From assembly GCA_021372515.1 (NCBI GenBank), contig JAJFUG010000073.1:25796-89795 (forward strand): a DNA stretch of 64,000 nucleotides, given 5' to 3'. This document shows, in pieces, positions 9,696 to 19,236 of this stretch; the first letter of the stretch is position 1, and every line of letters begins with the position of its first letter. The notes beneath the pieces are model-generated. The model was not told the origin of the DNA. It saw only the letters and a program-made list of their open reading frames with translations, and did no database searches. The stretch comes from a bacterium. GTDB taxonomy: Bacteria; Gemmatimonadota; Glassbacteria; GWA2-58-10. The translations under genes were made by a program, and so were the position numbers.

Positions 9696-10649
9696 ATGCA
9701 AATGCTCGCAGCCTTGCGGGACAACCTCGGACGGATCGGCTTTTTCCTGCTGCTGGCCCTGGCCGGCGCGGCGGCGGTGGTCCTGGAGTTCCGCTACAGC
9801 TATGTCGAGGTGGCCATCGGCCGCTACCTGACCTGGCACAACGCCGAACGGACCGAGTTCGGCCAGGTCTGGGAGAACGTGACCGCCAGCGAGGATGTCC
9901 AGCAGCGGCTGGATGCCCTGGTGGTGAACCGACGCGAGCAGGAATCGCCCGACATCCGCGTGGATGACCTGGGCCAGTTGCTCGAGCTGGCCGCTGGGCG
10001 CGAGCGCCTGATCCTCACCCGCGAGCGTTTCCTGGACATCTATTCCCGCCTTCCTTATTACCAGAGCTCCATGCTTATCGAGCCGCTGCACCTGCTGGAC
10101 ATCAGCTCGCGGCTGGCCCAGTGGCAGCGCACGATGCTGACCCTGGAGCAGGGCGAGCTGAACGTGTTCCTGCTGGACGGCCAGAACGCGGTGCTCGAAA
10201 AAATCCTCCTCGCCCGCGAATATGTCGACTTTTTCCTGGACGGCCGCCGCACCCGCGGCCAGCCGCTGGAGGCCATACCCTCGCTCAACCAGCCGTTCTA
10301 CCCGGCGGATGTGTTTTTCGACTCCATGCTCTACCTGAGCGCGGATGAGCGCGAGGGGATCCCGGTTACGGCTGGCGAGCTGCTGCAATGGCGTTACCGC
10401 TTGCAGCGCGTGGCCGTGGCCCGCGACTCCCTGGTGGGGGACCGCATGGAGATGGCTTTCGAGCTGGGCGGGGTGGAGAACCAGACTACGGTGCGCGTGC
10501 TGGGGCGAAGCCTTTCGGTCCTGCAGTTGGCCCAGCGCATGGATGAGCTTCTTTACCAGCGTTACCCGGACCGCCGTCCCGGCGCCGACACCCTGAGCGC
10601 GCCGGCGGTGCCCCCCGCGTCCGGCGAAACCCCGGAGTCGAACCCGTGA
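9696..10649 (+). CDS. hypothetical membrane-anchored protein (N-terminal TM helix), co-transcribed with PBP1A
   Basis: It has the hydrophobic N-terminus RIGFFLLLALAGAAAVVL. Its stop overlaps the PBP1A start (ATGA at 10646-10649). The antisense ORF 9654..10388 is judged a GC shadow. Confidence 0.55.
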   Translation: MQMLAALRDNLGRIGFFLLLALAGAAAVVLEFRYSYVEVAIGRYLTWHNAERTEFGQVWENVTASEDVQQRLDALVVNRREQESPDIRVDDLGQLLELAAGRERLILTRERFLDIYSRLPYYQSSMLIEPLHLLDISSRLAQWQRTMLTLEQGELNVFLLDGQNAVLEKILLAREYVDFFLDGRRTRGQPLEAIPSLNQPFYPADVFFDSMLYLSADEREGIPVTAGELLQWRYRLQRVAVARDSLVGDRMEMAFELGGVENQTTVRVLGRSLSVLQLAQRMDELLYQRYPDRRPGADTLSAPAVPPASGETPESNP

Positions 10650-12733
10650 GGATGCTGCTCAAACTGGTCAAGGCCGCGTTCTACCTCGCGCTGATCCTGG
10701 CGGTGGCCGCTTTCGTGGCCGGGGTGGTGGTGGTGGTGAGCATGCGGGATGAGATACCCCAGCTTCCCGACCGTCTGGAAAAGCTGGTCCTCAACACCCG
10801 CACCGAGTTCTATTCCGGCTCGGGCAGCCTGATTTCCACGATCGGCGAGAAAAACCGCGTGCCCCTGGAGCGGATCAGCCCCAATTTCATCCAGGCCCTG
10901 CTGACCGCCGAGGATGACGAGTTCTACCTGCACCACGGCATCGACAAGAAAGGCATCCTGCGCGCCCTGCTGCAGAACCTGCGCGCCGGGCGGATCGAGG
11001 GGGGAGCCAGCACCCTGACCCAGCAGCTGGCCCGCAATTTCTTCTTCAGCCTGGAGCAGACCCATATCCGCAAGCTGAAAGAGATCCTGTTAGCCTGCCA
11101 GCTCGAATACATGTTCGACAAGAAAGAGATACTGGAGGCCTACTGCAATAACATGTATTTCGGCAGCGGAGCCTATGGCGTGGAGGCGGCCAGCCGGACC
11201 TATTTCGCCAGCCACGCCGACCAGCTCAGCCTGGGCCAGGCGAGCCTGCTGGTGGCGATCCTCAACGGCCCCAGCCTCTACAGCCCCTACCGTCACCCCG
11301 GGCGCGCCCGTACGCGCCAGCTCTGGATCCTTCAGCGCATGGTCGAGCTGGGTCTGCTCACACCCGAGGCGCGCCTGGCGGCCGAGAAAGAGGAAATCAC
11401 CCTGCGCCGCTACACCGAGGGCGCCGAGCGCAGCAGCTATTTCCTGGACTACGTGCAGGACCGCATCCGCGAGCAGTTCGGCGAGGAGTTCCTGTACTAC
11501 GGCGGGCTGAAAGTGTTCACCACCCTCGACCCGGCCCTGCAGTCGTCGGCGACCAGCGCGGTGCGCGGTGGCCTGCGCCGTCTGGACAGCATGCTCAGCC
11601 TTCCCGAATACGGGACGCGGGGCCAGTCCCCGGTTGATTACCCGCAGGGGGCGCTGGTGGCGGTGGAGACCGGCACCGGGGCGATCCTGGCTCTGGTGGG
11701 CGGGCGCGATTACTATGACAGCCAGTTCAACCGCGCCCTGCACCAGAACCGTCTGCCGGGAAGCTCGTTCAAGCCCTTCGTCTACTACACCGCCATGCGC
11801 GATCTGGGCCTCAGTCCGGCCTCCACCCTGGTCGACAGCGCGGTCACTTTCGTCCTGCCCAGCGGACAGACCTGGAGCCCGGGGAATTTCGAGCAGAATT
11901 TCCTCGGCCGGATGACCCTGAAAAAAGCGCTCACCCTGAGCCGTAACGTGATCTCGGCCGATCTGATCGAGATGGTGGGCCCCGACCGGGTGGTCGAGAC
12001 CGCGCGCCAGTTCGGCATCCAGGCGCCGCTCACGCCCACGCCCGCGCTCAGCCTGGGCGCGAGCGGGGTGAGCCCGCTGGAGATGGCCGGGGCCTACGCC
12101 GTGCTGGCCAATGGTGGCATTTACCACGAGCCTTACGCGATCCGCCGGATCGAGGACTACCGCGGCAACGTGATATACGACCCGGTGCCGCGCGGAAGGG
12201 ATGTGGCCAACCCGCAGGTGGTCTATCAACTGGTGGACATGATGCAGTCGGTCGTGGACCACGGCACCGGTCAGGTGCTGCGCCGCCTGGGGTTCATGCT
12301 CCCGGCCGCCGGCAAGACCGGAACCACCAGCGACTACCGCGACTCCTGGTTCGTCGGGTTCACCCCGGGACTGTCCTGCGCCGCCTGGGTGGGCTACGAT
12401 GACAACCGCGAGATGCGTTTCACCCAGAACGGACGCCGCCTGGGCGTGACCGGCGCGCGCGGTGGAGCGCCGATCTGGGCGCTGTTCATGAACCAGGCCA
12501 CCGCGGGCCGTCAGCGCCAGGAATTCCCGATCCCGCCGGGGATCGAGTTCCTGGAGGTCAACGCCTGGAGCGGCTTGCCAGCGGATGAGAGCACCGCGGC
12601 CGCGGACCGGATCACGGTCCCGCTGCTGCCGGAGCAGATAGAGGCTGTGCGCGGCGCGGCGGCTGGGGCTGATTCGGTCGGCACGGCCGACCAGACCGCC
12701 CCGCCGGCGGCGCTGGACACTCTGGAATTCTGA
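10646..12733 (+). CDS. mrcA: penicillin-binding protein 1A family (bifunctional peptidoglycan glycosyltransferase/transpeptidase)
   Basis: An N-terminal TM anchor is followed by a GT51 transglycosylase domain (EDxxFYxHxGID, GASTLTQQLARN, RKxxE) and a transpeptidase domain (SSFKP, SxN, KTGTT). Confidence 0.9.
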   Translation: MRMLLKLVKAAFYLALILAVAAFVAGVVVVVSMRDEIPQLPDRLEKLVLNTRTEFYSGSGSLISTIGEKNRVPLERISPNFIQALLTAEDDEFYLHHGIDKKGILRALLQNLRAGRIEGGASTLTQQLARNFFFSLEQTHIRKLKEILLACQLEYMFDKKEILEAYCNNMYFGSGAYGVEAASRTYFASHADQLSLGQASLLVAILNGPSLYSPYRHPGRARTRQLWILQRMVELGLLTPEARLAAEKEEITLRRYTEGAERSSYFLDYVQDRIREQFGEEFLYYGGLKVFTTLDPALQSSATSAVRGGLRRLDSMLSLPEYGTRGQSPVDYPQGALVAVETGTGAILALVGGRDYYDSQFNRALHQNRLPGSSFKPFVYYTAMRDLGLSPASTLVDSAVTFVLPSGQTWSPGNFEQNFLGRMTLKKALTLSRNVISADLIEMVGPDRVVETARQFGIQAPLTPTPALSLGASGVSPLEMAGAYAVLANGGIYHEPYAIRRIEDYRGNVIYDPVPRGRDVANPQVVYQLVDMMQSVVDHGTGQVLRRLGFMLPAAGKTGTTSDYRDSWFVGFTPGLSCAAWVGYDDNREMRFTQNGRRLGVTGARGGAPIWALFMNQATAGRQRQEFPIPPGIEFLEVNAWSGLPADESTAAADRITVPLLPEQIEAVRGAAAGADSVGTADQTAPPAALDTLEF

Positions 12734-12786
12734 AACCGTCCGGGCGTGTTCCCGGGTTTTCTAACGCTTGACCCTGGGGGTGCAAC

Positions 12787-13131
12787 ATGAAAAGCGTGGA
12801 CTACAGGACAGTGGAACTGGAGAAGTTCACCGGGGATGACTCGAAGGGGGCGGGCATCCGCTGGCTCGTGGCTGAAAAGGACGGGGCGCAGAATTTCGCC
12901 ATGCGCATGATCGAGCTGGAACCGGAGGGATACACCCCCTGCCACAGTCATCCCAACGAACACGAGATTTTTGTCTGGAAGGGCCAGGGCGTGCTCGACC
13001 TGGAGGGCCGTCAGCACAAGCTGGAACCGGGAGTGGTGGCTTTCGTGCCGGGTGGGGTCAAGCATCAGTTCCGGAACACCGCCCCGACCTCCAAGCTGGA
13101 ATTCATCTGTGTGATTCCGATAAGGAAATAG
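12787..13131 (+). CDS. cupin domain protein
   Basis: It carries the two-His cupin motif CHSHPNEHEIFVWKGQG ... VPGGVKHQFRN and is 114 aa long. Confidence 0.8.
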   Translation: MKSVDYRTVELEKFTGDDSKGAGIRWLVAEKDGAQNFAMRMIELEPEGYTPCHSHPNEHEIFVWKGQGVLDLEGRQHKLEPGVVAFVPGGVKHQFRNTAPTSKLEFICVIPIRK

Positions 13132-14583
13132 ATGGTTCAGTTTTTAAAATACGTCGCAGTGCGCCTGTTTCTCGGCACGTTCGTGGCCCTGTTCGCCGTG
13201 TACCGCCTTCTGTCCTGGGTCCACGAGTCGATGTACGCCGGGCAGACACTGGATGACAGCAGCTTGCTCATCTGGTCTTATCTCGTGTTGTTGCTGGCGG
13301 TCTCGCTGGGCATGAGCCTGTGGGGACGGGTGCGTTTCCGCTGGCTGCTGGAGCGGGAGCTGGACCGCCTCAGCCGCCAGTACCACCCCAAGCTGCTGGA
13401 GCGGGCCTGGCGGCGGCTTAACTCGTTCCTGGCGAGCAGCTTTTTTTTCAACACCTCGCGCGAGCGGCTCACCCGCCTGGTCAACCGGCGGTTCGGCGAT
13501 ATCCTGCTCGGAATGCGGGCCGAGGACGAGCGGGCCCTGTCCATTTACGAGCTGGTGCTGGCCGCGGATCCGGACAACGAGGCCTATTTCGCGTTCCTGG
13601 TGCGGGCCTGGAGCCGACGGCCGCGGCTTTCGGAGCCGAGCCTGGTGTTCGTGCGCCGACGCTACCACGAGCGCCCGGATGACCGTCTGGTGGGCATCCT
13701 CTCCCGCGAGTACACCCTGCGCGGGGTGCTCAATTTCGAGAGCGAGCGGGTGCTGGAGCGCTGCCTGCAGGTCTACCCGGAGCACAGCCAGAAAGTGCTG
13801 GAGTTCGTGATCCCGCGCCTGGTCAGTTTCCAGCGCATGGATGACAACGCGGCCCGGTTCTACCTGGCCGCCCTGGGCCGGGGCTGGGGTGAGCGGGTGC
13901 GGCCGCTGCTCGAGACCCTGAACAGTCGCTATCGCGAGAAAAAGCGCGCGGACGGCCTGGCCCTGGATATCGGCCGGGCGCTCAAGGAGGGTGTCAGACC
14001 CGCCCCGGCGGAGACAGCCGGCGGGGCGGGATTCTTCGAGGCGCCGGTGCGGCCGGCCGCCGCGCGGGAGAGCGCCGAGTCGTTCGACCTGGTGTTCTCG
14101 CCCGGGGAATCGGCCGGGAAGGGCCCACGCCTTAAGCCCGGGAGCCTGGTCTACCAGCTGGCCCAGCGTCTGCTCGCGGGCGGGCGGGGCGCGGTGGGCG
14201 GCGGCCTGGGCCGTCGCCTGCGGCTGGTCCTGCTCCTGGCGCTGAGCCTTGTCCTGGTGTTCCTGCTCGTCTCCTCGGGTAAAAGGCTGATCGAGGCTTT
14301 CGGTCCGGCGAGTAAAACAGTGAAAGAAACACCGGCTGAAGGTGCTTTCAGCGTGCAGGCCGGGGCGTTCAAGGACAGCCTTTCGGCCGTGGCCCTGTGC
14401 GAGAAACTCAAATCCGGCGGGGTCCAGGCGCGGGTAAGCCCGGTCCAGGTGGGTAAGAGCCGTCTGTTCAGCGTGCAGGTTGGCGCGTTCGCCTCGGACT
14501 CGGCCGCCACGGCCGAGGCGCAGCGCCTGGTCTCCGTGGGCCTGCTGAGTGACTGGAAAGTGGTGGGCGCGGCCGGGCAGTGA
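13132..14583 (+). CDS. SPOR domain-containing membrane protein
   Basis: An N-terminal TM segment is followed by a TPR/helical middle region. The C-terminal roughly 80 aa form a SPOR fold (FSVQAGAFKDSLSAVALCEKLK ... LFSVQVGAFASDSAATAEAQRL). The RBS AAGGAAA lies 5 nt upstream. Confidence 0.7.
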   Translation: MVQFLKYVAVRLFLGTFVALFAVYRLLSWVHESMYAGQTLDDSSLLIWSYLVLLLAVSLGMSLWGRVRFRWLLERELDRLSRQYHPKLLERAWRRLNSFLASSFFFNTSRERLTRLVNRRFGDILLGMRAEDERALSIYELVLAADPDNEAYFAFLVRAWSRRPRLSEPSLVFVRRRYHERPDDRLVGILSREYTLRGVLNFESERVLERCLQVYPEHSQKVLEFVIPRLVSFQRMDDNAARFYLAALGRGWGERVRPLLETLNSRYREKKRADGLALDIGRALKEGVRPAPAETAGGAGFFEAPVRPAAARESAESFDLVFSPGESAGKGPRLKPGSLVYQLAQRLLAGGRGAVGGGLGRRLRLVLLLALSLVLVFLLVSSGKRLIEAFGPASKTVKETPAEGAFSVQAGAFKDSLSAVALCEKLKSGGVQARVSPVQVGKSRLFSVQVGAFASDSAATAEAQRLVSVGLLSDWKVVGAAGQ

Positions 14584-14613
14584 GGCCGGCAGTAACTTAG
14601 ACGTATAACAGAA

Positions 14614-14652
14614 GCGGGGACGTCGAGGTACGCAGGCGTCTCCGTTTTTTTG
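14614..14652 (+). terminator. Rho-independent terminator downstream of the SPOR gene
   Basis: A GC stem (GGGGACGTC ... GCGTCTCC) is followed by T7 at 14645-14651. Confidence 0.55.
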
Positions 14653-14672
14653 TGGTAGGAAAGTGCGCTGGG

Positions 14673-14759
14673 GGGGCGGGCCGGCAGCCTTTTTGCGTGA
14701 CCCGCGGCCCGGGGGCGGGAACGTGTCCGGCGCGGGCAAAAAGGATGCCGGCCCGCCCC
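14673..14759. repeat. 87-bp imperfect palindrome with 24-bp arms (GGGGCGGGCCGGCAGCCTTTTTGC / GCAAAAAGGATGCCGGCCCGCCCC)
   Basis: The arms are 14673-14696 and 14736-14759 with a single mismatch. It lies between two convergent terminators. Confidence 0.6.
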
Positions 14760-14790
14760 GCACGCTGCTGAGACTTCTGCCAACCTCCCT

Positions 14791-14832
14791 GAAAAAAGGA
14801 CACGCCCCGCGTATCGAACGCAGGGCGTGTCC
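14791..14832 (-). terminator. Rho-independent terminator for the minus-strand symporter operon
   Basis: On the minus strand a GGACACGCCC ... GGGCGTGTCC hairpin is followed by a U-tract (A7 on the plus strand at 14791-14797). Confidence 0.6.
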
Positions 14833-14857
14833 TTCAAGGCTTTAAATCAACTAAGGC

Positions 14858-15082
14858 TCAGTCCTCGTTTTTGACCGGGCGCCCCGGGCGCTGGGCGTAC
14901 AGGAAAATCGCCCCGGTCACGATCAGCACAAGGCCCCAGTAGAAATCCAGGTGCAGCTCGGCGCAGGCCACCTGCGGCGGGTTGGAGAAATTGTAGATCC
15001 CCATGCCGGCTACCGCCAGCCCGTAGACAAAGATTATCAGTCCGCTTAAAAACCAGATCGTAATACGGCTCTTGCCTGCCAT
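14858..15082 (-). CDS. small two-TM membrane protein adjacent to the sodium:solute symporter (possible accessory subunit, DUF3311-like)
   Basis: The 74-aa protein has two hydrophobic helices and lies 18 bp downstream of the SSS transporter on the same strand. Confidence 0.5.
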   Translation of the reverse strand: MAGKSRITIWFLSGLIIFVYGLAVAGMGIYNFSNPPQVACAELHLDFYWGLVLIVTGAIFLYAQRPGRPVKNED

Positions 15083-15100
15083 AGCGTCACTCCTGTGGGT

Positions 15101-16789
15101 TTACCAGAAGATGATGTTCAGAACGATAAAGATCGCGAAGCTGACCACGCCCCAGAACCGCGGCTGCTTGTAGAACGGGGCAGCTTTCTCTTTCGGTATG
15201 TCGGTCACGCCGTAGACCAGGTTCTTGAGCTGGGCGTCGGTCTTGGGCGTGGTGAACAGGCTGATTACAATCGTGGCGATAAAGTTAACCAGGAACGCCC
15301 AGACCGCCTGCCACATGTTGAGCGCCATGGTGCTGGCGTGCTCACTCAGAGTGACCACGCTCGGGTCGAGCCAGTTGAATTTGATGCCCAGGAAAATGCC
15401 GATCGAAGTGAGCATGCCCAGGAGCAACCCCCAGAACCCGGCTTTCTCGGTCGTTCGTTTCCAGAACATCCCCAATAGCACCGTGGCGAACAGCGGGGCG
15501 ATGAAGAAGCTGAATAGGGCCTGCATGTAGTCCATGATACTGGAGAAACGCTTGACTATGTAGGTGGTGGCTATCGAGATCACCACGCCGACGATTGTGG
15601 ACCAGCGGCCCAGGACCAGGAGGTGCTTGTCGCTGGCGTCTTTCTTGATGTAGCTGCGGTAGACATCGTAAGTCCAGACCGTGGCGAACGCCGAGACGTT
15701 GCCGGCCATGCCGCTCATGAACCCGGCCAGCAGGGCGATCAGGCCCAGGCCGATCATCCCGGGGCCGAAATAGCGTTTCATCAGCAGGGGCAGCACGGCG
15801 TTGTAGGTGGTGGAGGGATTGACCCCCGCGCCCTCGGGCACCAGGCCCGGGATGAGGGCGAAACCGATCAGGCCGGGCAGGATCACGATCAGCGGGATCG
15901 CCATCTTGAAGAACGAGCCGATGATCGTGGCGTTTTCGGCGCTGCGCAGGTTCTTGGTGGTCAGCACGCGCTGGACGACCAGGAAATCGGTGGTCCAGTA
16001 GCCCATGCTCAGTACGAAACACAGCCCGAACGCGATCCCCAGCCAGTGCATGCCCATCGGGTTGTCCAGCGGCGAGGCCATGGTGGACCAGATATGCAGA
16101 CGGTCGAGCACCGGGGCGCCGGCCGGGGCCAGCTCGGCGGCGCGCTGGTTGACCATCGCCATCAGCTTGTCCCAGCCGCCCAGCTCGATCAGCCCGTAGA
16201 TCGGGATCAGCAGCGCGCCGGCCCAGATCAGGAAGAACTGCACGATCTCGTTGAAAATGGCCGAGGTCAGCCCGGCCATGCCGCAGTAGAGGGCCACGGT
16301 GATCGCGGTGACCCAGACCGAGGTGTCGAAATCCCAGCCGAAGAAGTTCTCCAGGATCAGGCCCATGGCGTACATGTTGATCCCGCTGGCCAGCACGGTC
16401 ATGATGACGAACGTGAAAGCGGACAGCCCGCGCGCTCCCTCACCGTAGCGCATCTGGAGGTAGCCCGGCACGGAGTGGGTCTTGCTGATATGGTAGAACG
16501 GCATCATGAACAGGCCGAGGAACAGGATGGCCGGGATGGCCCCGATCCAGTACCAGTGCACGGCCAGCATTCCGTACTGGTAGGTGGCGGCGCTCCAGCC
16601 CATCAGCTCCAGCGCACCCATGTTGGCCGCGATGAACGAGATGCCGGCGATCCAGGCGGTCTGGCTGCGGCCGGCCAGGAAGAAATCCTCGCCGGTCTTG
16701 GTGTAGCTTTTCAGGTAGTAGCCTACTCCTATTACGAAGAGGAAATAGAAAATGATGATGAAAAGATCAACTGCATGCAGTGTGAACAT
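15101..16789 (-). CDS. sodium:solute symporter family (SSS, TC 2.A.21) transporter
   Basis: The 562-aa protein has roughly 13-14 TM helices and SSS signatures (GRSQTAWIAGISFIAANMGALELMG; GYWTTDFLVVQRVL). Confidence 0.85.
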   Translation of the reverse strand: MFTLHAVDLFIIIFYFLFVIGVGYYLKSYTKTGEDFFLAGRSQTAWIAGISFIAANMGALELMGWSAATYQYGMLAVHWYWIGAIPAILFLGLFMMPFYHISKTHSVPGYLQMRYGEGARGLSAFTFVIMTVLASGINMYAMGLILENFFGWDFDTSVWVTAITVALYCGMAGLTSAIFNEIVQFFLIWAGALLIPIYGLIELGGWDKLMAMVNQRAAELAPAGAPVLDRLHIWSTMASPLDNPMGMHWLGIAFGLCFVLSMGYWTTDFLVVQRVLTTKNLRSAENATIIGSFFKMAIPLIVILPGLIGFALIPGLVPEGAGVNPSTTYNAVLPLLMKRYFGPGMIGLGLIALLAGFMSGMAGNVSAFATVWTYDVYRSYIKKDASDKHLLVLGRWSTIVGVVISIATTYIVKRFSSIMDYMQALFSFFIAPLFATVLLGMFWKRTTEKAGFWGLLLGMLTSIGIFLGIKFNWLDPSVVTLSEHASTMALNMWQAVWAFLVNFIATIVISLFTTPKTDAQLKNLVYGVTDIPKEKAAPFYKQPRFWGVVSFAIFIVLNIIFW

Positions 16790-16876
16790 TCTTGCCGGGC
16801 CTTTCTGCCTCTGAGGGTTAACGGCTTGACGGAATAATCCGGCGCTGACTGTCTATTTTCAGGTCTCTGTCTTGCC

Positions 16877-17374
16877 TCAGAATTTTTCCCAGTGCAGCAT
16901 CTCGGCCAGGGCGCGTCTCTGCTTGCGCGGGGGAAGGTCATCCGCGGCGTGGCCCACGGCCACCAGACTGATCAGCTTGCAGTCCGCGGGAGCGCCCACC
17001 AGTTCCTCGACTTTCCCGGCGTAATGCTTCTTGTCTCCGGCCACCCAGCAGGATCCCAGGCCCAGGGCCGTGGCGGCCAGAAGCATGTTCTGCGTGGCAG
17101 CGGCCCCGTCCTCCAGGTAATATTTGGTGTCCTTGCACAGCACCACGATACAGAGCGGGGCCTGCTCGATGAACTTGCCTGCGTCGCAGATACCGGCCAG
17201 TTTCTTGCGCTTTACCGGGTCGGTGACCAGGACGAATTCCCAGGGATCGACCCCGCGGCCCGAGGCGGCCAGCCGCCCGGCATCCACTATCGCCTCGGCC
17301 TGGCTGCGCTCGACCGGAGTGTCCTTGTAGCTTCTCACGCTTCTGCGTGTCTTCAACATTTCCATCGCGTCCAT
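16877..17374 (-). CDS. nitroreductase family protein
   Basis: It has nitroreductase motifs (RRSVRSYKDTPV..., DPWEFVLVTDPVKRKKL, LGLGSCWVAG). The start is ambiguous (ATG at 17374 or upstream ATG at 17410). Confidence 0.75.
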   Translation of the reverse strand: MDAMEMLKTRRSVRSYKDTPVERSQAEAIVDAGRLAASGRGVDPWEFVLVTDPVKRKKLAGICDAGKFIEQAPLCIVVLCKDTKYYLEDGAAATQNMLLAATALGLGSCWVAGDKKHYAGKVEELVGAPADCKLISLVAVGHAADDLPPRKQRRALAEMLHWEKF

Positions 17375-17446
17375 TCTGCCTGCCCTCCGGACATGAACAA
17401 ACCACTCCACAAATGCATACGGGATTTGGATCTCTCACCCGGTCTC

Positions 17447-18892
17447 TCAGAATATCGACTGCGCCCCGCCCGAGGACCGCAGCGTGAGCAGCGGCGGGAT
17501 ATCGGTTTCCCGGTAGCGGCGGTAGGCCTCCGGGTAGGTCTGGATCGCGTCTTCGAAATAGCGCCGGCGCACCTCGTCCAGGAAACTTTCCAGACGGTCA
17601 TCCGGCACCAGGCTCACCGTGCAGCCGCCGAACCCGGCCCCGGTGATACGGCTGCCAGCCGCCCCGGCCTCCAAGGCGATCGCCACCAGGTCATCGATCG
17701 CCGGGTGGCTCACCTCGTAGTTGTGGCGGCAGCTCAGGTAGGAGCCGTTCATGAACTCGCCCATCCGTCCACCGCCGCCCGAGCGGATATCGGCCAGCGC
17801 CTGGTCCACCCGCGCCGACTCGCTCACCACGTGACGGGTGCGGGCCAGGAGCTTGAAACCCTCCGCCGGCCCGGAAATGTGCTCACCGTTGACCGTGGTG
17901 CAGAACCGCTGGTTGAAATCATCCAGCGAGATGCCCAGCGCCTCCGCCAGCTCGGTCTTGGTGTAGCCGTGCCATTTCATGTGCTGCTTGCAGGCGGCCA
18001 GCATCCGGTCGCGGCCCAGGTGGAAATAGATGTCGCCCAGGCGGGGGTATTTGTGCGGGTCGAGCTCCAGGCGCTTGACCAGAAGGGCTGTGGCCATGCG
18101 GCAGACCGCATGGCGGGTGTTGTACTGCAAGCGGGCGTTCTGGCTCTTGGACGCCACCACCATCGAGTTGGCCACCACCACGGTGAAACCCTCGGGCAGG
18201 AACACCGGCTCGGCGCGCAGCGGGTAGAAATCGATCTTCAGCGCCTTGTCCCGCTCGGCCAGCAGCGAGGCGGCCTGGTCCATCCCGCCACCCTCGGTGC
18301 CCACGTACCATTCGGCATCCGCCAGGCGGTCGGCCAGCTCGCGGCGCTCTACCTGACGGCCTGCCGATTGCAACAGGGACAGAGCCGCCCCCACCACCAG
18401 GGCCGAACTGCTGGAAAGGCCCGCGCTCACCGGCACGGTGCCGTAGAAGCAGGCGTTCATCCCGCGCAGCCCGTCCGCTGACCCGAAATGGTCGATCAGC
18501 CCCTGGGCCGAGGCCTTCACGTAGTTACCCCAGTCGCCGGTCTCGAAATGCGGAATTTTCTTTTCGAGCTGGAACACCCGGTCCGGGAAATCCGGGTTGA
18601 CCGCCTTGACCACCGCGTCCTGGCGCGGCGCGAATGCCACCAGCATGTCGTAGTCGATGGCCATCGGCAGCACGGGAAGTCCATTGTAGTCGGTGTGCTC
18701 CCCGATCAGGTTCACCCGGCCCGGAGCACGCAGCACCGACACCTCCGGCTCGTCCGGGAAACGCTCGGAGAAAGTCTCCAGAAGGTGGATCAGGCGGTCG
18801 GTCGTATCCAGCGAGTAAATCTTTTCAAGCTGGCTGTTCAAACGGCTGTCACGCCGCCGCAGCCCCTGAAGCAGTGTGTCGATAAGGATCAT
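17447..18892 (-). CDS. galK: galactokinase-family GHMP sugar kinase
   Basis: It has the galactokinase signature APGRVNLIGEHTDYNGLPVLPMAI and the GHMP ATP motif PVSAGLSSSSALVVG. At 481-502 aa it is longer than canonical GalK. The start may be ATG 18892 or ATG 18955. Confidence 0.75.
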   Translation of the reverse strand: MILIDTLLQGLRRRDSRLNSQLEKIYSLDTTDRLIHLLETFSERFPDEPEVSVLRAPGRVNLIGEHTDYNGLPVLPMAIDYDMLVAFAPRQDAVVKAVNPDFPDRVFQLEKKIPHFETGDWGNYVKASAQGLIDHFGSADGLRGMNACFYGTVPVSAGLSSSSALVVGAALSLLQSAGRQVERRELADRLADAEWYVGTEGGGMDQAASLLAERDKALKIDFYPLRAEPVFLPEGFTVVVANSMVVASKSQNARLQYNTRHAVCRMATALLVKRLELDPHKYPRLGDIYFHLGRDRMLAACKQHMKWHGYTKTELAEALGISLDDFNQRFCTTVNGEHISGPAEGFKLLARTRHVVSESARVDQALADIRSGGGGRMGEFMNGSYLSCRHNYEVSHPAIDDLVAIALEAGAAGSRITGAGFGGCTVSLVPDDRLESFLDEVRRRYFEDAIQTYPEAYRRYRETDIPPLLTLRSSGGAQSIF

Positions 18893-18955
18893 TTGCCCGT
18901 CCCCGAGAGTATAATTGTCACCACCCACGACAAGCTGGCATTTGTAATTTGCCAA

Positions 18956-19236
18956 ACAGTAATTTTAAACCTGCGGCGCTCAGGCGCAAGTAAATAGGAG
19001 AATCGGAACACGGGTGGGACAATTCGTGTAATTCCTGAAAACCTTTTCTTGCGTGTAGCACATAAAAGTGAAATATTATTACCTCCCTTTTGATGCAACA
19101 TGCAAATCGAATGACCGTTAGGTTATATGGTATCTTGCGGACCACGGCGCCCGGGTGCGTGCAACAATCCGCGCTCAATTGCCGGGAGCGGCAATTTGAT
19201 GTCCCCCAATCCTGCAGGTAGCAGAGGAGAGGTCTG
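18956..19236. promoter_or_regulatory. AT-rich divergent promoter region between galK-like (minus) and Rrf2 regulator (plus)
   Basis: A 280-bp stretch of roughly 40 % GC stands in a 67 % GC background. It contains several TTGNNN/TANNNT-like hexamers and is a likely operator for the adjacent Rrf2 regulator. Confidence 0.4.
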
